Shown here: positions 39,640-49,912 of the stretch, piece after piece
Position numbering within the stretch: position 1 is the stretch's first letter
How the letters are laid out: each line of letters starts with the position of its first letter
Origin: Candidatus Latescibacterota bacterium
Lineage (GTDB): Bacteria > Latescibacterota > UBA2968 > UBA8231
DNA length: 64,000 bases
Assembly: GCA_963422735.1 (NCBI GenBank)
Contig: OY730476.1
Location: 3,200,001-3,264,000 of the forward strand
Reading direction: 5' to 3'
Translations under genes and position numbers: made by a program
The notes under the pieces: model-generated
Databases searched by the model: none
The model's input: the letters and a program-made list of their open reading frames with translations, nothing else
What the model was told of the DNA's origin: nothing

Positions 39640-40047
39640 ACGAAATAGATGGGAACGCCCAAGTGCTAAAGAACGGAACTGCTGCGCCCAGATGCGCCGT
39701 CCATGTTTCTATTGCAGCAACCCGAAGTGCATCTGCACCCCAGTGCCCAAGCCGCCTTGGGTAACCTTTTCTGCCAAGTCGCCAAGCCAGAGCGCCAATT
39801 AGTAGTCGAGACCCACAGCGACCACCTGCTCGACCGGGTGCGGATGGATGTGCGCGACGGCACGACACGGTTGAAGCCCGAGGATGTGTCCATTTTTTTC
39901 TTTGAGCGCGGCGACTTGGATGTGCATATTTACTCACTGCGAATCGACGAGGAGGGCAATATCGGAGGCGCACCCGGTAGCTACCGCAGGTTTTTTATGG
40001 AAGAGGTAGCGAGGTCTCTGTGGAAGAGACAATCTATAGGGACCTGA
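39640..40047 (+). pseudogene. C-terminal fragment of an AAA_21/DUF3696 ATPase
   Basis: LLQQPEVHLHPSAQ and VVETHSDHLLDRVR motifs. The Walker A-containing N-terminus is missing. Confidence 0.8.
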
Positions 40048-40560
40048 AGAATGTGTGCAATTCCTTCGACTCGATTGGGATACGGGGACTGGTCGGCACC
40101 ATAGAAGAGATGGCCTCGGAGATCGCACGGATGCACGCGGTGCCAACCTATTACAAAGAGACGTTGAGCAGGGTTGACGCCTATCACCGACGCTACAATC
40201 GCCAGATGAACCTCGGCCGCTGATTGCAAGACGCCATGGAATATCTCTGTAGAAAGCGGGAGCGATAGTCGCAGTTCTCCACGCTCATAAGTAGTGAGTC
40301 TCTTTGAAAAGTACCCACAAGGCTTCACCTCGATCGTCCTGTCCAAAGGCAGGGTGAAGCAGGCGCGACCATCGCAGCCCGATCAATTTTATGGTCCATC
40401 TCATCGGCGGATTAATTGCCTACTGCCACCAACCTAAAAAACCGTCCCTAAAAATCGACGGATCACTCCAAGTAGAGGCCGCTTAACCCGAACTCACATT
40501 GTACAACAAGCACTTGTAACGTTTTTAGTCGCCGTTCTGGTACCAGAAACAATCAACGAC

Positions 40561-42084
40561 ATGCCCTGCTCGCCCGCGGATCGCATCGCCATACTCGCCC
40601 TCCTTTCAATCGGGGGATGCGGCGAAGTGCGGCAAGAACCGCCAACAGGCGATCCACTGCTCGCGGTGGGGAGGGCCTATTTGGATCAGGGCCAGTACGA
40701 CCAAGCCGCGGCCGTGTACCAAGAGGCCGTCCGCCTCGATTCGCTGTCCCGCGACGCTCATTTTTACTTAGGCTTGGCGCATTTGCAGCGCAAGAGCACG
40801 GCTGCGGCCGCGCTCTTTGCACGGGCCATTGCACTGGATTCGACGTATATTCCTTCCTACCACAACTTGGCCATCGCCCACCTCGAAGCAGGCCGCTACT
40901 CGCAAGCTATAGAGGCGGTAGAAGCCGCGTTGCGCTTCGATCCCCAATCGCCTAGCTCCTATCGCCTGTTGGCCTTCTTGCACAAGGAGCAGGGGCGATA
41001 CGAGCGCGCCGAAGAGGCCCTGCTAAGGGCGCTTTACATCGCCCCAAAAGATGTGGAAGCGCGGCAGGCCCTAGCCTTGCTCTACAGCCAACAGGGCCGC
41101 ACTGAGCGTGCGGAAGAAGTTTTGGTGGAAGCGGTCGAGTTGGCGCCAGAGCGAAAAGAAATCTGGCGGGACATGGGAAGGCTCTTATTAAACGAGAAGC
41201 GGTACGACGAAGCAGCGCAGGCGCTCAACCGGGCCGTAGCGCTTGACGCCAACTACGGCGCGGCGTACCACGACTTGGCGAATTTGTATTCGGCTCAGGG
41301 CCGCTACGACGAAGCCGAAGCCATGCTCGTGCGCCTAGAAGGGTTATTCGACTTGGCAGATCGGGAAGAGACTTTGGAAAAGGTGCTGGAGAGAGATCCC
41401 GGCAATGTGGAGGCGCGGTTGGCTCTGGGCCGAGCGCAGACGCGCTTGGGGCGCTACGCAGACGCGCTGAGCACGTACAAGGACGTACTCAGCCGCGAAC
41501 CCGAACACGTTGACGCGTTGGCTACGGTGGTCCAGCTCCACCTGCGGCAGGGCGATGTCGAGCGCGCCGCGCACTTGGCCGGCAAAATCGCTGCGTACGA
41601 GCCTCGGGGCCGGCGTGCGCCTGAAGCGCATTTTACCATGGGATTTGCCCATGTCCAAAAGCAGCGTTGGGCCGAAGCCGAAGCCGCGTTTTCTCGCGCC
41701 TTGGACATCGACGCTTGCTACGCCAAGGCGCACAATGCTTTGGGCAATGTCTATGCCTTGCGGGGCGACTTGGAAAAAGCCATTAGCACTTATCGGGCCG
41801 CCCTCGATTGCGACGCCGAGCTGCGCGACGCGTACTACGGATTGGGCATGGCCTTGGCTCGGCGCGAGTCCTTGGCGGAAGCCATCGCTCAGTTCGAGGA
41901 AGTCGTGCGGCGCGATTCCACTCATGCGCGCTCCCACTACGCGCTGGGCCAAGCCTACGAAAAACAGGGCGCGGCCTCGGCCGCACGCCTCGCCTACGGG
42001 GCCTTTGTCCGGCACTGGCGCGGTGACGAGAAGGTGCTGGCGGCGGCTCAAAGCCGCATTGCACACTTGCAACCCCCCCAATAG
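40561..42084 (+). CDS. TPR-repeat lipoprotein
   Basis: Lipobox-like LSIGGC, followed by about a dozen TPR units (e.g. AHFYLG, SYHNLA, AHNALGNV). Confidence 0.9.
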   Translation: MPCSPADRIAILALLSIGGCGEVRQEPPTGDPLLAVGRAYLDQGQYDQAAAVYQEAVRLDSLSRDAHFYLGLAHLQRKSTAAAALFARAIALDSTYIPSYHNLAIAHLEAGRYSQAIEAVEAALRFDPQSPSSYRLLAFLHKEQGRYERAEEALLRALYIAPKDVEARQALALLYSQQGRTERAEEVLVEAVELAPERKEIWRDMGRLLLNEKRYDEAAQALNRAVALDANYGAAYHDLANLYSAQGRYDEAEAMLVRLEGLFDLADREETLEKVLERDPGNVEARLALGRAQTRLGRYADALSTYKDVLSREPEHVDALATVVQLHLRQGDVERAAHLAGKIAAYEPRGRRAPEAHFTMGFAHVQKQRWAEAEAAFSRALDIDACYAKAHNALGNVYALRGDLEKAISTYRAALDCDAELRDAYYGLGMALARRESLAEAIAQFEEVVRRDSTHARSHYALGQAYEKQGAASAARLAYGAFVRHWRGDEKVLAAAQSRIAHLQPPQ

Positions 42085-42244
42085 ATTTACAATCGCACAG
42101 AGAAAGGAGGTCGTTGCCTAAGTAAGTGCAGTGAAACGTCCCACTTGCGGCCGTCAGGCCGTGCAACGAAAGCGTTTTTTATTTTTATACTAGATATATG
42201 CCCCGCCGTGGCGGGCGTTTTAACTAAAACCAAGGAGGATGATT

Positions 42245-43189
42245 TTGAAAAAAATCACTGTTTTGCTCGCACTGGCCTTGTGCGTGGGCGTCGTCGCTCC
42301 GGCTACGGCGCATGTGCCCGAAGGCGCTGTGCGTACGGCCTTCCAGTGGCCGGCGGGCCTTGAGCCAACGCTGGACGGCGATCTGTCCGAATGGTCGATC
42401 GTGCCCGAAGACTACTCGATTGCCTTTGCCGATCACATCGAGTTCAACGGCGAAAAGCCGGCCGACTTCGGCGACTTGAACTTCCGCGCCATCGTCGGCT
42501 GGAGCGAATCGACCAACAGCCTCTACTTCATGATGGAGCGCTTTGACGACTTCTACGATCGCGACGCCATGGGCGGCGTGGCTGGCGGCGACGATAGTTG
42601 GGAAATGCACGTCGATGGCGACCACGGCGGCGAGCAGATGCGCTTCGGCAGCGCTGACATAGAGGACGAGGAAGAGCGCACCTTGGCCCAAGGCCGCTGG
42701 GCGCAGTCCTACCACACCCGCTTCCCGAACCTCGGTCCCGACGGCCAAGAGAGCTGGTCGTGGTTTTGGATGACCCAAGCGCAGTGGCACGACGAGCTGC
42801 CCTACGCCGACCACGGCTTCCGCTTGGACGGCCAAATCGGCGGTGGCGAGGCCACGGCCTTTATCGAGGTGCGGCGCCAGGCTTGGGACGACTTTCTCTT
42901 TAACGACCCAGACGGCAGCGTCATCCACGACTACAACGAGGGCGAGATCACCGGCTTGGGCTGGGCGGTCTTCGACAGCGATGTAGCCGGTGCCGACGGC
43001 GGCGTTGGTCAGGACACCGAGCACTCCGGCCAGTGGTCTCTTTCGGGCGCCAGCGATGTGTGGAAAACCACGGCTTCGGCCACGGATTTCCTGCTAGCAC
43101 CCGTTGATCCGCGCGTCGATTTCAGCGCGATCGAGAGCGCGATCGAGGAGAATAGCTGGGGTCGCATCAAGTCTGCCTACATCCAGTAA
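42245..43189 (+). CDS. Secreted acidic CBM9-like protein with a C-terminal WGRIK motif
   Basis: AGGAGG RBS with TTG start, signal peptide ATA-H, PTLDGDLSEW, VGW....LYF....DD; ends ENSWGRIKSAYIQ. Confidence 0.75.
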   Translation: MKKITVLLALALCVGVVAPATAHVPEGAVRTAFQWPAGLEPTLDGDLSEWSIVPEDYSIAFADHIEFNGEKPADFGDLNFRAIVGWSESTNSLYFMMERFDDFYDRDAMGGVAGGDDSWEMHVDGDHGGEQMRFGSADIEDEEERTLAQGRWAQSYHTRFPNLGPDGQESWSWFWMTQAQWHDELPYADHGFRLDGQIGGGEATAFIEVRRQAWDDFLFNDPDGSVIHDYNEGEITGLGWAVFDSDVAGADGGVGQDTEHSGQWSLSGASDVWKTTASATDFLLAPVDPRVDFSAIESAIEENSWGRIKSAYIQ

Positions 43190-43215
43190 GTGGGCAGTGT
43201 CTAGGATGCAAGGAC

Positions 43216-43252
43216 AAGGGGGGATGGGCTAGTTCCATCCCCCCTTCTTCTT
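43216..43252 (+). terminator. Strong intra-cluster hairpin (terminator/attenuator)
   Basis: AAGGGGGGATGG-GCTAGTT-CCATCCCCCCTT followed by CTTCTT. Confidence 0.75.
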
Positions 43253-43264
43253 GGAGGTGCCATT

Positions 43265-45214
43265 GTGAAAAAGTTGCAGCGCACGACGCGGCTCATCGCG
43301 GCCCTGTTGGTAGTAGTCGGCGGCCAGCCAAGCGCGGCCTTGGTCGTCTATCGCATCGGCGGCGAGGACCTCCCGCCTCCGGCTGAGGTAGAGGCCGGTG
43401 CCGAGTTCCGCCAGTTGAGCTGGGCCGACTTGGACAAGAATTTAGGCGGCGAGAGCTTTGGGCTCGCGCTCAGTGAGCAGATTAGGCCCTTCTTCTACAA
43501 CGAGAGCGATAATATGGCGACGACCCTGAACGGGGTCGGCGGCAATTTCCAGCACGGCGCGTACAATGGCTTTGAAGATGTCGGCGACGAGCTGCGGATG
43601 GTGACCGACGGGGACCCGACGACGTTTTTCTTGGAGACCCGTCCGAGAGAACACGCTCATAACTTCCATGGCACGGCTTTTTTCTTTGATCTCGGCGGCG
43701 ACTTTGCGACGCACTTGATTCGCTTTATCCCGCAGGCAAGCAGTGAACGCTCGGTCGCCCACGTCATCGTCGCCGCGCAGACCGATGCCGGGGGCGGCGT
43801 GGATGAAATTGAATTCGTCGGAGCGAGTGCGCTTAGCCGGTCGCTGAGGGATCCCAAGCAGAAAAAGGGCATTGAGCTAAAGGTGGTCGCGGAAATCCGG
43901 GAAAACAAAAATCCGCAGCTCGACATTGAGCTAGACGGAATGCCCATCCGCTATTTGATGATCCACGTGATGCCCCAAAATGAAATATGGGACTTGGCTG
44001 AGCTGGAGGTGTACGGCGGCGGTTTCCAAGGCTCGGCCTCGTACCAGTCCAATGTCCTCGACCTAGGCGAATTTTCCAATTTGGGCTGGGTGCGTTGGGC
44101 AGGGCAGCAGGACGAAGGGGCGCAAGTGGAGATCCGCTCTCGCGCCGGTGGCGACGAGACGCCGCTCGTATACTGGCGCAAGACTTTCCGCGGCGACGAG
44201 CAGGTACCCTTTGGCGAGGACGGCAAACTGCTAACCCGCAAAAGCTATGGCCGCTTGGGGCCGATCGTGCGCGGGGCCATCACCGACGACACCGCCCAGT
44301 GGGAGCTGTGGTCGTCGCCGTACGAATTCGCCGACAGCGTGGGGGTGGCCCTGCGGGCGACGCGCTCCCACCGCTACGTGCAGTTCAGGGTAGAATTCAA
44401 ATCTTTCGGCCAAGCTGGCGGCCAGCTCGGCTATCTCGAATTCGCCGTTTCCCCGCGCTTGGTAACCGGCTTAGTCGGCGAGGTTGATCCTTGGCGGGCC
44501 GCAGTGGCTGAGGAACGCACTTTCACCTACGCATTGCGCCCGACAATTGAACCCGGCGACCAAGGATTTGACGGTTTGGACCTGCGCTTGGTCGGCGGCC
44601 GGATCGTCGGTGTGGAGGCGGTGCGCCTCAGCGGCGTACCCGTGGCGGATTTCAGCGTAGTGGCCGAGGATGCCGGCGTAGTCGTGGGTTTCCCGCGACT
44701 GGATGTCGCGCGCAGCGGCGAACTGCTCGAAGTGGATGTGCGCGCCGAAATTTTTCGCTTTGGCGCGAGCTTTGAAGGCCGGGTGATCGACAGCACAGTG
44801 CCGGGGGAAATCGGGCAGCTCGTGGCCGCTGGCGAGGCCAACGAGTTAGTGGACGGCAACCAACTTTTGGTACAGGCGATGACCCTAGACGATCAAGTCT
44901 TAGGGACAGTGTCGCTGAGCGTCGCGGCATTTACGCCTAACGGCGACCGGATCAACGACCAAGTGGAGATCACCTACGAACTGCTCAAAGTGACCGAGTC
45001 GGTGCAGGTGGAGGTGCTGGTGCGTGATTTGAGCGGCCGCTTGGTGCGGCGCGTGTACTCAGACGCCGATGGCGCAGGTCGGCATCCGCGCCAATGGGAC
45101 GGACTGGACGAAGCCGGCCAGCAGGTCGCCCCCGGTCTTTACATCTGCCAAGTTGAGGTCGAGAGTGGTGGGGAACGCCAAGTGCAAATGCGGCCCATTG
45201 CCGTCGCCTATTGA
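43265..45214 (+). CDS. Secreted protein with a C-terminal FlgD-Ig-like domain (paralog 2)
   Basis: Signal peptide, DGDP.T..FDLG, WSSPY, RYVQ, GFD, TPNGDRIND, WDGLD..G..VAPGLY; ends VAY. Confidence 0.82.
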   Translation: MKKLQRTTRLIAALLVVVGGQPSAALVVYRIGGEDLPPPAEVEAGAEFRQLSWADLDKNLGGESFGLALSEQIRPFFYNESDNMATTLNGVGGNFQHGAYNGFEDVGDELRMVTDGDPTTFFLETRPREHAHNFHGTAFFFDLGGDFATHLIRFIPQASSERSVAHVIVAAQTDAGGGVDEIEFVGASALSRSLRDPKQKKGIELKVVAEIRENKNPQLDIELDGMPIRYLMIHVMPQNEIWDLAELEVYGGGFQGSASYQSNVLDLGEFSNLGWVRWAGQQDEGAQVEIRSRAGGDETPLVYWRKTFRGDEQVPFGEDGKLLTRKSYGRLGPIVRGAITDDTAQWELWSSPYEFADSVGVALRATRSHRYVQFRVEFKSFGQAGGQLGYLEFAVSPRLVTGLVGEVDPWRAAVAEERTFTYALRPTIEPGDQGFDGLDLRLVGGRIVGVEAVRLSGVPVADFSVVAEDAGVVVGFPRLDVARSGELLEVDVRAEIFRFGASFEGRVIDSTVPGEIGQLVAAGEANELVDGNQLLVQAMTLDDQVLGTVSLSVAAFTPNGDRINDQVEITYELLKVTESVQVEVLVRDLSGRLVRRVYSDADGAGRHPRQWDGLDEAGQQVAPGLYICQVEVESGGERQVQMRPIAVAY

Positions 45215-45226
45215 GGAGCAGGGGTC

Positions 45227-47722
45227 ATGTTGAATGCTGCGTTGTTGCTGAGCGTATTGTTGGGCGTTGTCGCCGCTTGGGGACAGGGCCATACCATCTC
45301 CGGGAATAAGGTCGTCGTCGAGCGGCAGACGCATTGGCAGCAGTGGATTTTTCCCGCCGGTACGCTCGACATGGACCAAACCGGGGCCGTGCGTCCCCAC
45401 TTCGCGTCCAAGAACATACTGGCAACCGCAGACATCGCGGCGTTTATCAAGCGCGGCAAGGGCTCGGAGGACGCGACCCTGCTCGACGCCCTCAACGCGG
45501 GCACTCGGGCCGCGGATCTGGCCCACCTTTTCGACGGGGACTTGAGCACCTATTGGGAACCCGATCCGGCGAGCCCGCTGCGCCAATGGTGGTTCGAGGT
45601 CGATCTGGGGCGGCTGGTGGCGGCCACCCACATCCGGCTCAAATTCGTCGGCGAGGAGCTAGGCGATCCCTTCCTGCAATTCGTGGTCTTGACCTCGGAC
45701 GGAAGCGAGGTTACAAAAGGTCAGCGCAGATTCAACCAAGTCTTCCGCACCTTGAAGTCGAACAAGGATCAGCGAGAATTTGAAATCGAGTTGGGTCCCA
45801 CGCGCCTTGATAGAGAAGGGCGCATGGTGAGCGACTACATCCGCTTCGTGCGGGTGACGATCACCGACACGGATAGCACGCGCGCCGCCAAGGTGTCGGC
45901 TGAACAATACAACCAGCTAGCGGCCGCGGATCGGGGCGCGGTGGATTTTTACAAAAAGGCCGGCGCAGGCCAAGTACAGGTGAGCGAGGCCACGTACGAG
46001 GTGGTTGACCCCGCGTTGCGCGGTGAGATCCGCCGCTACCGCCGCGAGCGCCCGCGGCTGGCCGAGCTGGAGGTCCAGACGCTCGGGGAAAACATCTCGC
46101 TGGGATTGGTGGAGCGCAAAGGCGTCGCGCTGCTCACCTTCTTGGACAACGCGCCCGCGACGGCCTTCTTCGACGGCCTCTTCGAGACGTCCTTGGCCTT
46201 TACCAGCACCGACGAGATACGGGAATTATTCTTCGACTTAGGCTCTTCCTTCTGGATAGACCGGCACCAGATTTACTACGACCGCCAGCGCAGCCGCTTC
46301 CCTAATTACGACTTGCAGACTGCGGACGGCTCGCTGGCTGCGGACGGCTCGCTGGTGTGGACGACGCAGGCCTCGCGGCGCAATCGCGCCACTTCTGGCC
46401 ACTTTACCGGAGATGTGTACGATGTGGATACGTTCGCGCCGACGCCTACGCGCTTTGCGCGAATTTTGTTCTGGGGAGGGGGTCAGTTCAAGCCGCGCGA
46501 GGTGCAGTTCTACGGAGAGGGTTTCCAGCCGGAGGTCGAGTTGGTTTCGCCGCTCATCCGCTTGGGCGGCTCGAAAAACTTGGTCTCAATTGAATGGGAT
46601 GGAGACGCTGACTTGGGGACCTTTGTCGAAGTTCAGACGCGCACGGGCAACGAGCTGGTCGAAGAGTATCGCTACTTCAACAGCGGCGGCGGCGAAGTTT
46701 CGGCCGAGGCATACGCAGGCTTGGGCTTTTTCAGCAAGGGGCGGATCGACACGACGGAAGCCCCCGGGGCCGACTGGAGCGCGTGGAGCTTGCCCTACGA
46801 GGCTTCGGGCGCGGCGATCACTTCTCCAAGCCCGCGCCAATTTCTGTTGCTCAGGGCCCGCTTGCTCTCGGACGACCCGCGCAGCGCGGCTGTGCTGCGC
46901 TCCATTCGGCTCAGCTTCGTCGAGCCGCTCGCCAGCCAGCTTTTGGGCGAGATCGAACCCGGCCTCGTGGGAGCGTTGGGCAAAAAGCAGGAGCTTTCGC
47001 TTTTCATCAAACCGAATTTCGCTCCCCAGAGCGTGGGGTTTGACGAGGTGCAGATAAGGGTACCGGACAACATGGCCTTGGATTTTCGCGGACTGCGGCT
47101 GGGGCGCGAAGCCCAATGGGAGAGCGCGGAACTAGCGGCCTCCGCAGAAGTAGTGGCGACCGCCCCAGACTCTTTGTGGGTGCGGTTAAACGAGGTCGTC
47201 GGCCCATCCTCAGCCGATCTGATTGAGGTGCAATTCGCCACCGCCCTCTACTTGCCCGGTGCCGTGTTCAAGGCGTCGTTGGGTCATTCGGCCATGGAGA
47301 ACTCTTGGCAGCGGGTTGATCCAGCGGATGCAACGGAATTGGCGACCGGGCAGGGGATGCTGTTGGTAGGCCCAGAAGGCGGCCGACACGTCTTGGGTGA
47401 CCTGAACGTTGGCAGTGGGGTCGCGACGCCGAATGGGGATGGGATCAATGACGAGTTGGCGTTCTCATTCGCGGTTACCAAGCTGACCGGCACCCAGCCG
47501 CTCCACGTGCGGATTTACGACCTAGCTGGCCGGCTGGTGAGGCACTGGCGAGAGACGCGGCCCTTGGTCAGCGGCGAGTACGCCCTGCGCTGGTCGTGCG
47601 AGGATCAATCCGGCGCACTGGTCGCCCCCGGACTGTATCTGCTAGCGGTAGAAGTGGTGCCCAACGACGACTCGCGAGTGGAGCGCACCGCGAGGCAACA
47701 CCTCATTCACGTGGCGTATTGA
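45227..47722 (+). CDS. Secreted protein with discoidin-like repeats and a C-terminal FlgD-Ig-like domain (paralog 3, closest to 29378)
   Basis: HWQQW, LFDGDLSTYWEP..WW.EVDLGR, RTGN, WSAWS, SPSPRQ, TPNGDGIND; ends VAY. Confidence 0.82.
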   Translation: MLNAALLLSVLLGVVAAWGQGHTISGNKVVVERQTHWQQWIFPAGTLDMDQTGAVRPHFASKNILATADIAAFIKRGKGSEDATLLDALNAGTRAADLAHLFDGDLSTYWEPDPASPLRQWWFEVDLGRLVAATHIRLKFVGEELGDPFLQFVVLTSDGSEVTKGQRRFNQVFRTLKSNKDQREFEIELGPTRLDREGRMVSDYIRFVRVTITDTDSTRAAKVSAEQYNQLAAADRGAVDFYKKAGAGQVQVSEATYEVVDPALRGEIRRYRRERPRLAELEVQTLGENISLGLVERKGVALLTFLDNAPATAFFDGLFETSLAFTSTDEIRELFFDLGSSFWIDRHQIYYDRQRSRFPNYDLQTADGSLAADGSLVWTTQASRRNRATSGHFTGDVYDVDTFAPTPTRFARILFWGGGQFKPREVQFYGEGFQPEVELVSPLIRLGGSKNLVSIEWDGDADLGTFVEVQTRTGNELVEEYRYFNSGGGEVSAEAYAGLGFFSKGRIDTTEAPGADWSAWSLPYEASGAAITSPSPRQFLLLRARLLSDDPRSAAVLRSIRLSFVEPLASQLLGEIEPGLVGALGKKQELSLFIKPNFAPQSVGFDEVQIRVPDNMALDFRGLRLGREAQWESAELAASAEVVATAPDSLWVRLNEVVGPSSADLIEVQFATALYLPGAVFKASLGHSAMENSWQRVDPADATELATGQGMLLVGPEGGRHVLGDLNVGSGVATPNGDGINDELAFSFAVTKLTGTQPLHVRIYDLAGRLVRHWRETRPLVSGEYALRWSCEDQSGALVAPGLYLLAVEVVPNDDSRVERTARQHLIHVAY

Positions 47723-47733
47723 GGGAGGTTGCG

Positions 47734-49899
47734 ATGCACTGGTTGCCGATCGCGCTGCTGTTGCTAGCGGCACTGCAAAGCATAGCCGAGACGCGGAGCA
47801 TTTCCATAGGCGGCGCGAGCGGATCGTCTTGGCAAGAGGGTGGGGGCCAGATACAGGCAATTTTCCCAACTGGGGCCAGAGATGTCGAGCGCGGCAACAC
47901 CCCGGGCGGCGTGATCGATTTTGACCCCGAGGGTCGGGTGGGTTGGATTTTTCCGCAGAACGTCGTCGAGGGCACCAATCTAGCCCTTGGAATACTCGGG
48001 CGCGGCGGCTCGGTCACCTCGCCGACGGTCCTCGAAGCGGGCATTGAGTCGCAGCTAGAGACGATGATCGACGGCGACGGCAAAACGGCCTTGGAGCGCA
48101 AGAACGTGGCCGTCATCCGCGGCATGGCCATGGACTTTGACCTAGGTGCTCGCTTTGGGGTCAATCGCGTCCAATTTTTCCCGCGCAATGGCCACCCAGA
48201 TTTTCCCGCGGCTCCTTTCCAAGAGGAATTCATTCGCGGCTACGAGCTGTTTTTCAACGACGGCAGCGAGGAGACGCAAGGCGCGGGCGGCCCAGAATGG
48301 CGCTCGTTTCGGTTGGACGCTGCCAACCAAGACGCGCTGGTCGATCTGAGCATTCCCCCGCAATTTGTGCGCTTCATCCGCTTGCAGTCGCGCACGAGCA
48401 GCGGTTTTGAGATCGCCGAGTTCCGCGTCTTTGGCACTGGTTTCGTGCCCACGGCTGAATACATATCCAACATATTCGATCTCGGCCCAGATTTGGGCTT
48501 GTGGGGGACCATTCGCTGGGTGGAGGAAAGCGTCGGCCCGGCTGGTTTCGCCAGTGCGCGTGCGCGAACCCGCACCGGCTTGGACGACAGTCCTTTAGTC
48601 TATACCCGGCGCTTCTTCTTTGAGGGGACCCAAGTCGAGGTGCCGTGGAAGAAGAATGCCGCAGTTGAGGCCGAGGGCGGCGAGGTCAATCTCGACCAGG
48701 TCGATCTGGAGAGGGCGCGTGCGCTCTTTGGCGCGCTGCCGCTGGGTCAGCGCAATGCCATCTCGCTGTCGCTGGACGATTACAAGGGCTTGGGTGCCGA
48801 GCGGGGCAATGTGGTGGCCGATCTAGACGCTTGGAGCCCGTGGTCCTCGCCCTACGAGTTAGGGACCCTGTTGACCGAGGCAGAGATCGAGGACAGCCAA
48901 TTGGGCGTGCCGATTGTCTCGCCCGGGCCGAGGCGTTACATACAGTTCCGCATCGACTTTTTCAGCGAGGACTTGGAGGCGGCCACAGGCATCGGCCCGC
49001 TGACCTTTACCGTGGCTACGCCGCCGCCGGCCGCACAGATTCTCGGAGAGATCTTTCCTCGTCAGGTCGATTTGGGCAAGCCGGTGGATTTCGTCTATGC
49101 GGTGATGCCGACTTCCATTCGGCCAAGTGTAGATACGGGCTTTGACAGCTTTGAGATCGCCACGCCGGTGCGGGTACAGGCCATTGAGTCCATCGAAGTC
49201 ATCGATGCCGCTGGGCAGGTTGAGGCAGCGGATTTTTCAATGGCCGATCTTTCCGCGCTGCCGGCCACCGACGAGACCGGACGCTTTGCCATTGAGTCGG
49301 TCGATGCGCGTCGCTTTCGCGTGCGCTTTCCCATCATTGCCGAAAGCGAGTTGGCGACCGGGCGGACGGCCCAGCTCAAAATCCGCTTTCGCAGCCGCGT
49401 GTTGCGCTACGGCACCAAGTTCGCCGGTTTTGCCTTCAACAGTGCCGAGGGGGACGTGGGGCAGGAGGTCGTTGCCGGCAACGTGGCCGCGTTGGCTCCT
49501 AGCGACGACGATATTGTGGCTGTTGGCTTGGAGACGAACCGGGGCCTTTCGGTGGATGTGCCACTAGCCAGCAGCAGTGCCCTGCTGATCAACGTGCGCA
49601 CCGAACCCCGTCCCTTTAGCCCCAACGGCGATGGAATCAACGACGCGACGCACGTGTACTACGATCTGAGCCGTTTGGCCAGCCCGGCACCGGTCAATGT
49701 GGAAATCGTCGATTTGGCCGGACGCTGGGTGCGCCAGCTATTTTCCGGCCTCCAGGGCGGCGGCTCGTACGCCATGCCTTGGAGTGGTGTGGATGAGAGC
49801 GGGGCCGCGCTACCGCCGGGCATTTACTTAGTGCGCGTAACGCTGGCCAGCGATGCGGGCCGCGAAAGCGCGGTTAGGGCTGTCGAACTAGTGTACTGA
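47734..49899 (+). CDS. Secreted protein with a C-terminal FlgD-Ig-like domain (paralog 4)
   Basis: GGAGG RBS, signal peptide, MIDGD...FDLG, WSPWSSPY, SPGPRRYIQ, FSPNGDGIND, W.G.D..G..LPPGIY; ends LVY. Confidence 0.82.
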   Translation: MHWLPIALLLLAALQSIAETRSISIGGASGSSWQEGGGQIQAIFPTGARDVERGNTPGGVIDFDPEGRVGWIFPQNVVEGTNLALGILGRGGSVTSPTVLEAGIESQLETMIDGDGKTALERKNVAVIRGMAMDFDLGARFGVNRVQFFPRNGHPDFPAAPFQEEFIRGYELFFNDGSEETQGAGGPEWRSFRLDAANQDALVDLSIPPQFVRFIRLQSRTSSGFEIAEFRVFGTGFVPTAEYISNIFDLGPDLGLWGTIRWVEESVGPAGFASARARTRTGLDDSPLVYTRRFFFEGTQVEVPWKKNAAVEAEGGEVNLDQVDLERARALFGALPLGQRNAISLSLDDYKGLGAERGNVVADLDAWSPWSSPYELGTLLTEAEIEDSQLGVPIVSPGPRRYIQFRIDFFSEDLEAATGIGPLTFTVATPPPAAQILGEIFPRQVDLGKPVDFVYAVMPTSIRPSVDTGFDSFEIATPVRVQAIESIEVIDAAGQVEAADFSMADLSALPATDETGRFAIESVDARRFRVRFPIIAESELATGRTAQLKIRFRSRVLRYGTKFAGFAFNSAEGDVGQEVVAGNVAALAPSDDDIVAVGLETNRGLSVDVPLASSSALLINVRTEPRPFSPNGDGINDATHVYYDLSRLASPAPVNVEIVDLAGRWVRQLFSGLQGGGSYAMPWSGVDESGAALPPGIYLVRVTLASDAGRESAVRAVELVY

Positions 49900-49912
49900 T
49901 TAGGGAGGGCTA

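Noticed and set aside
43265-49899. Flagellar hook-capping (flgD) genes
   Set aside because: Only the C-terminal Ig-like domain is FlgD-like. The proteins have Sec signal peptides and no flagellar genes are nearby.
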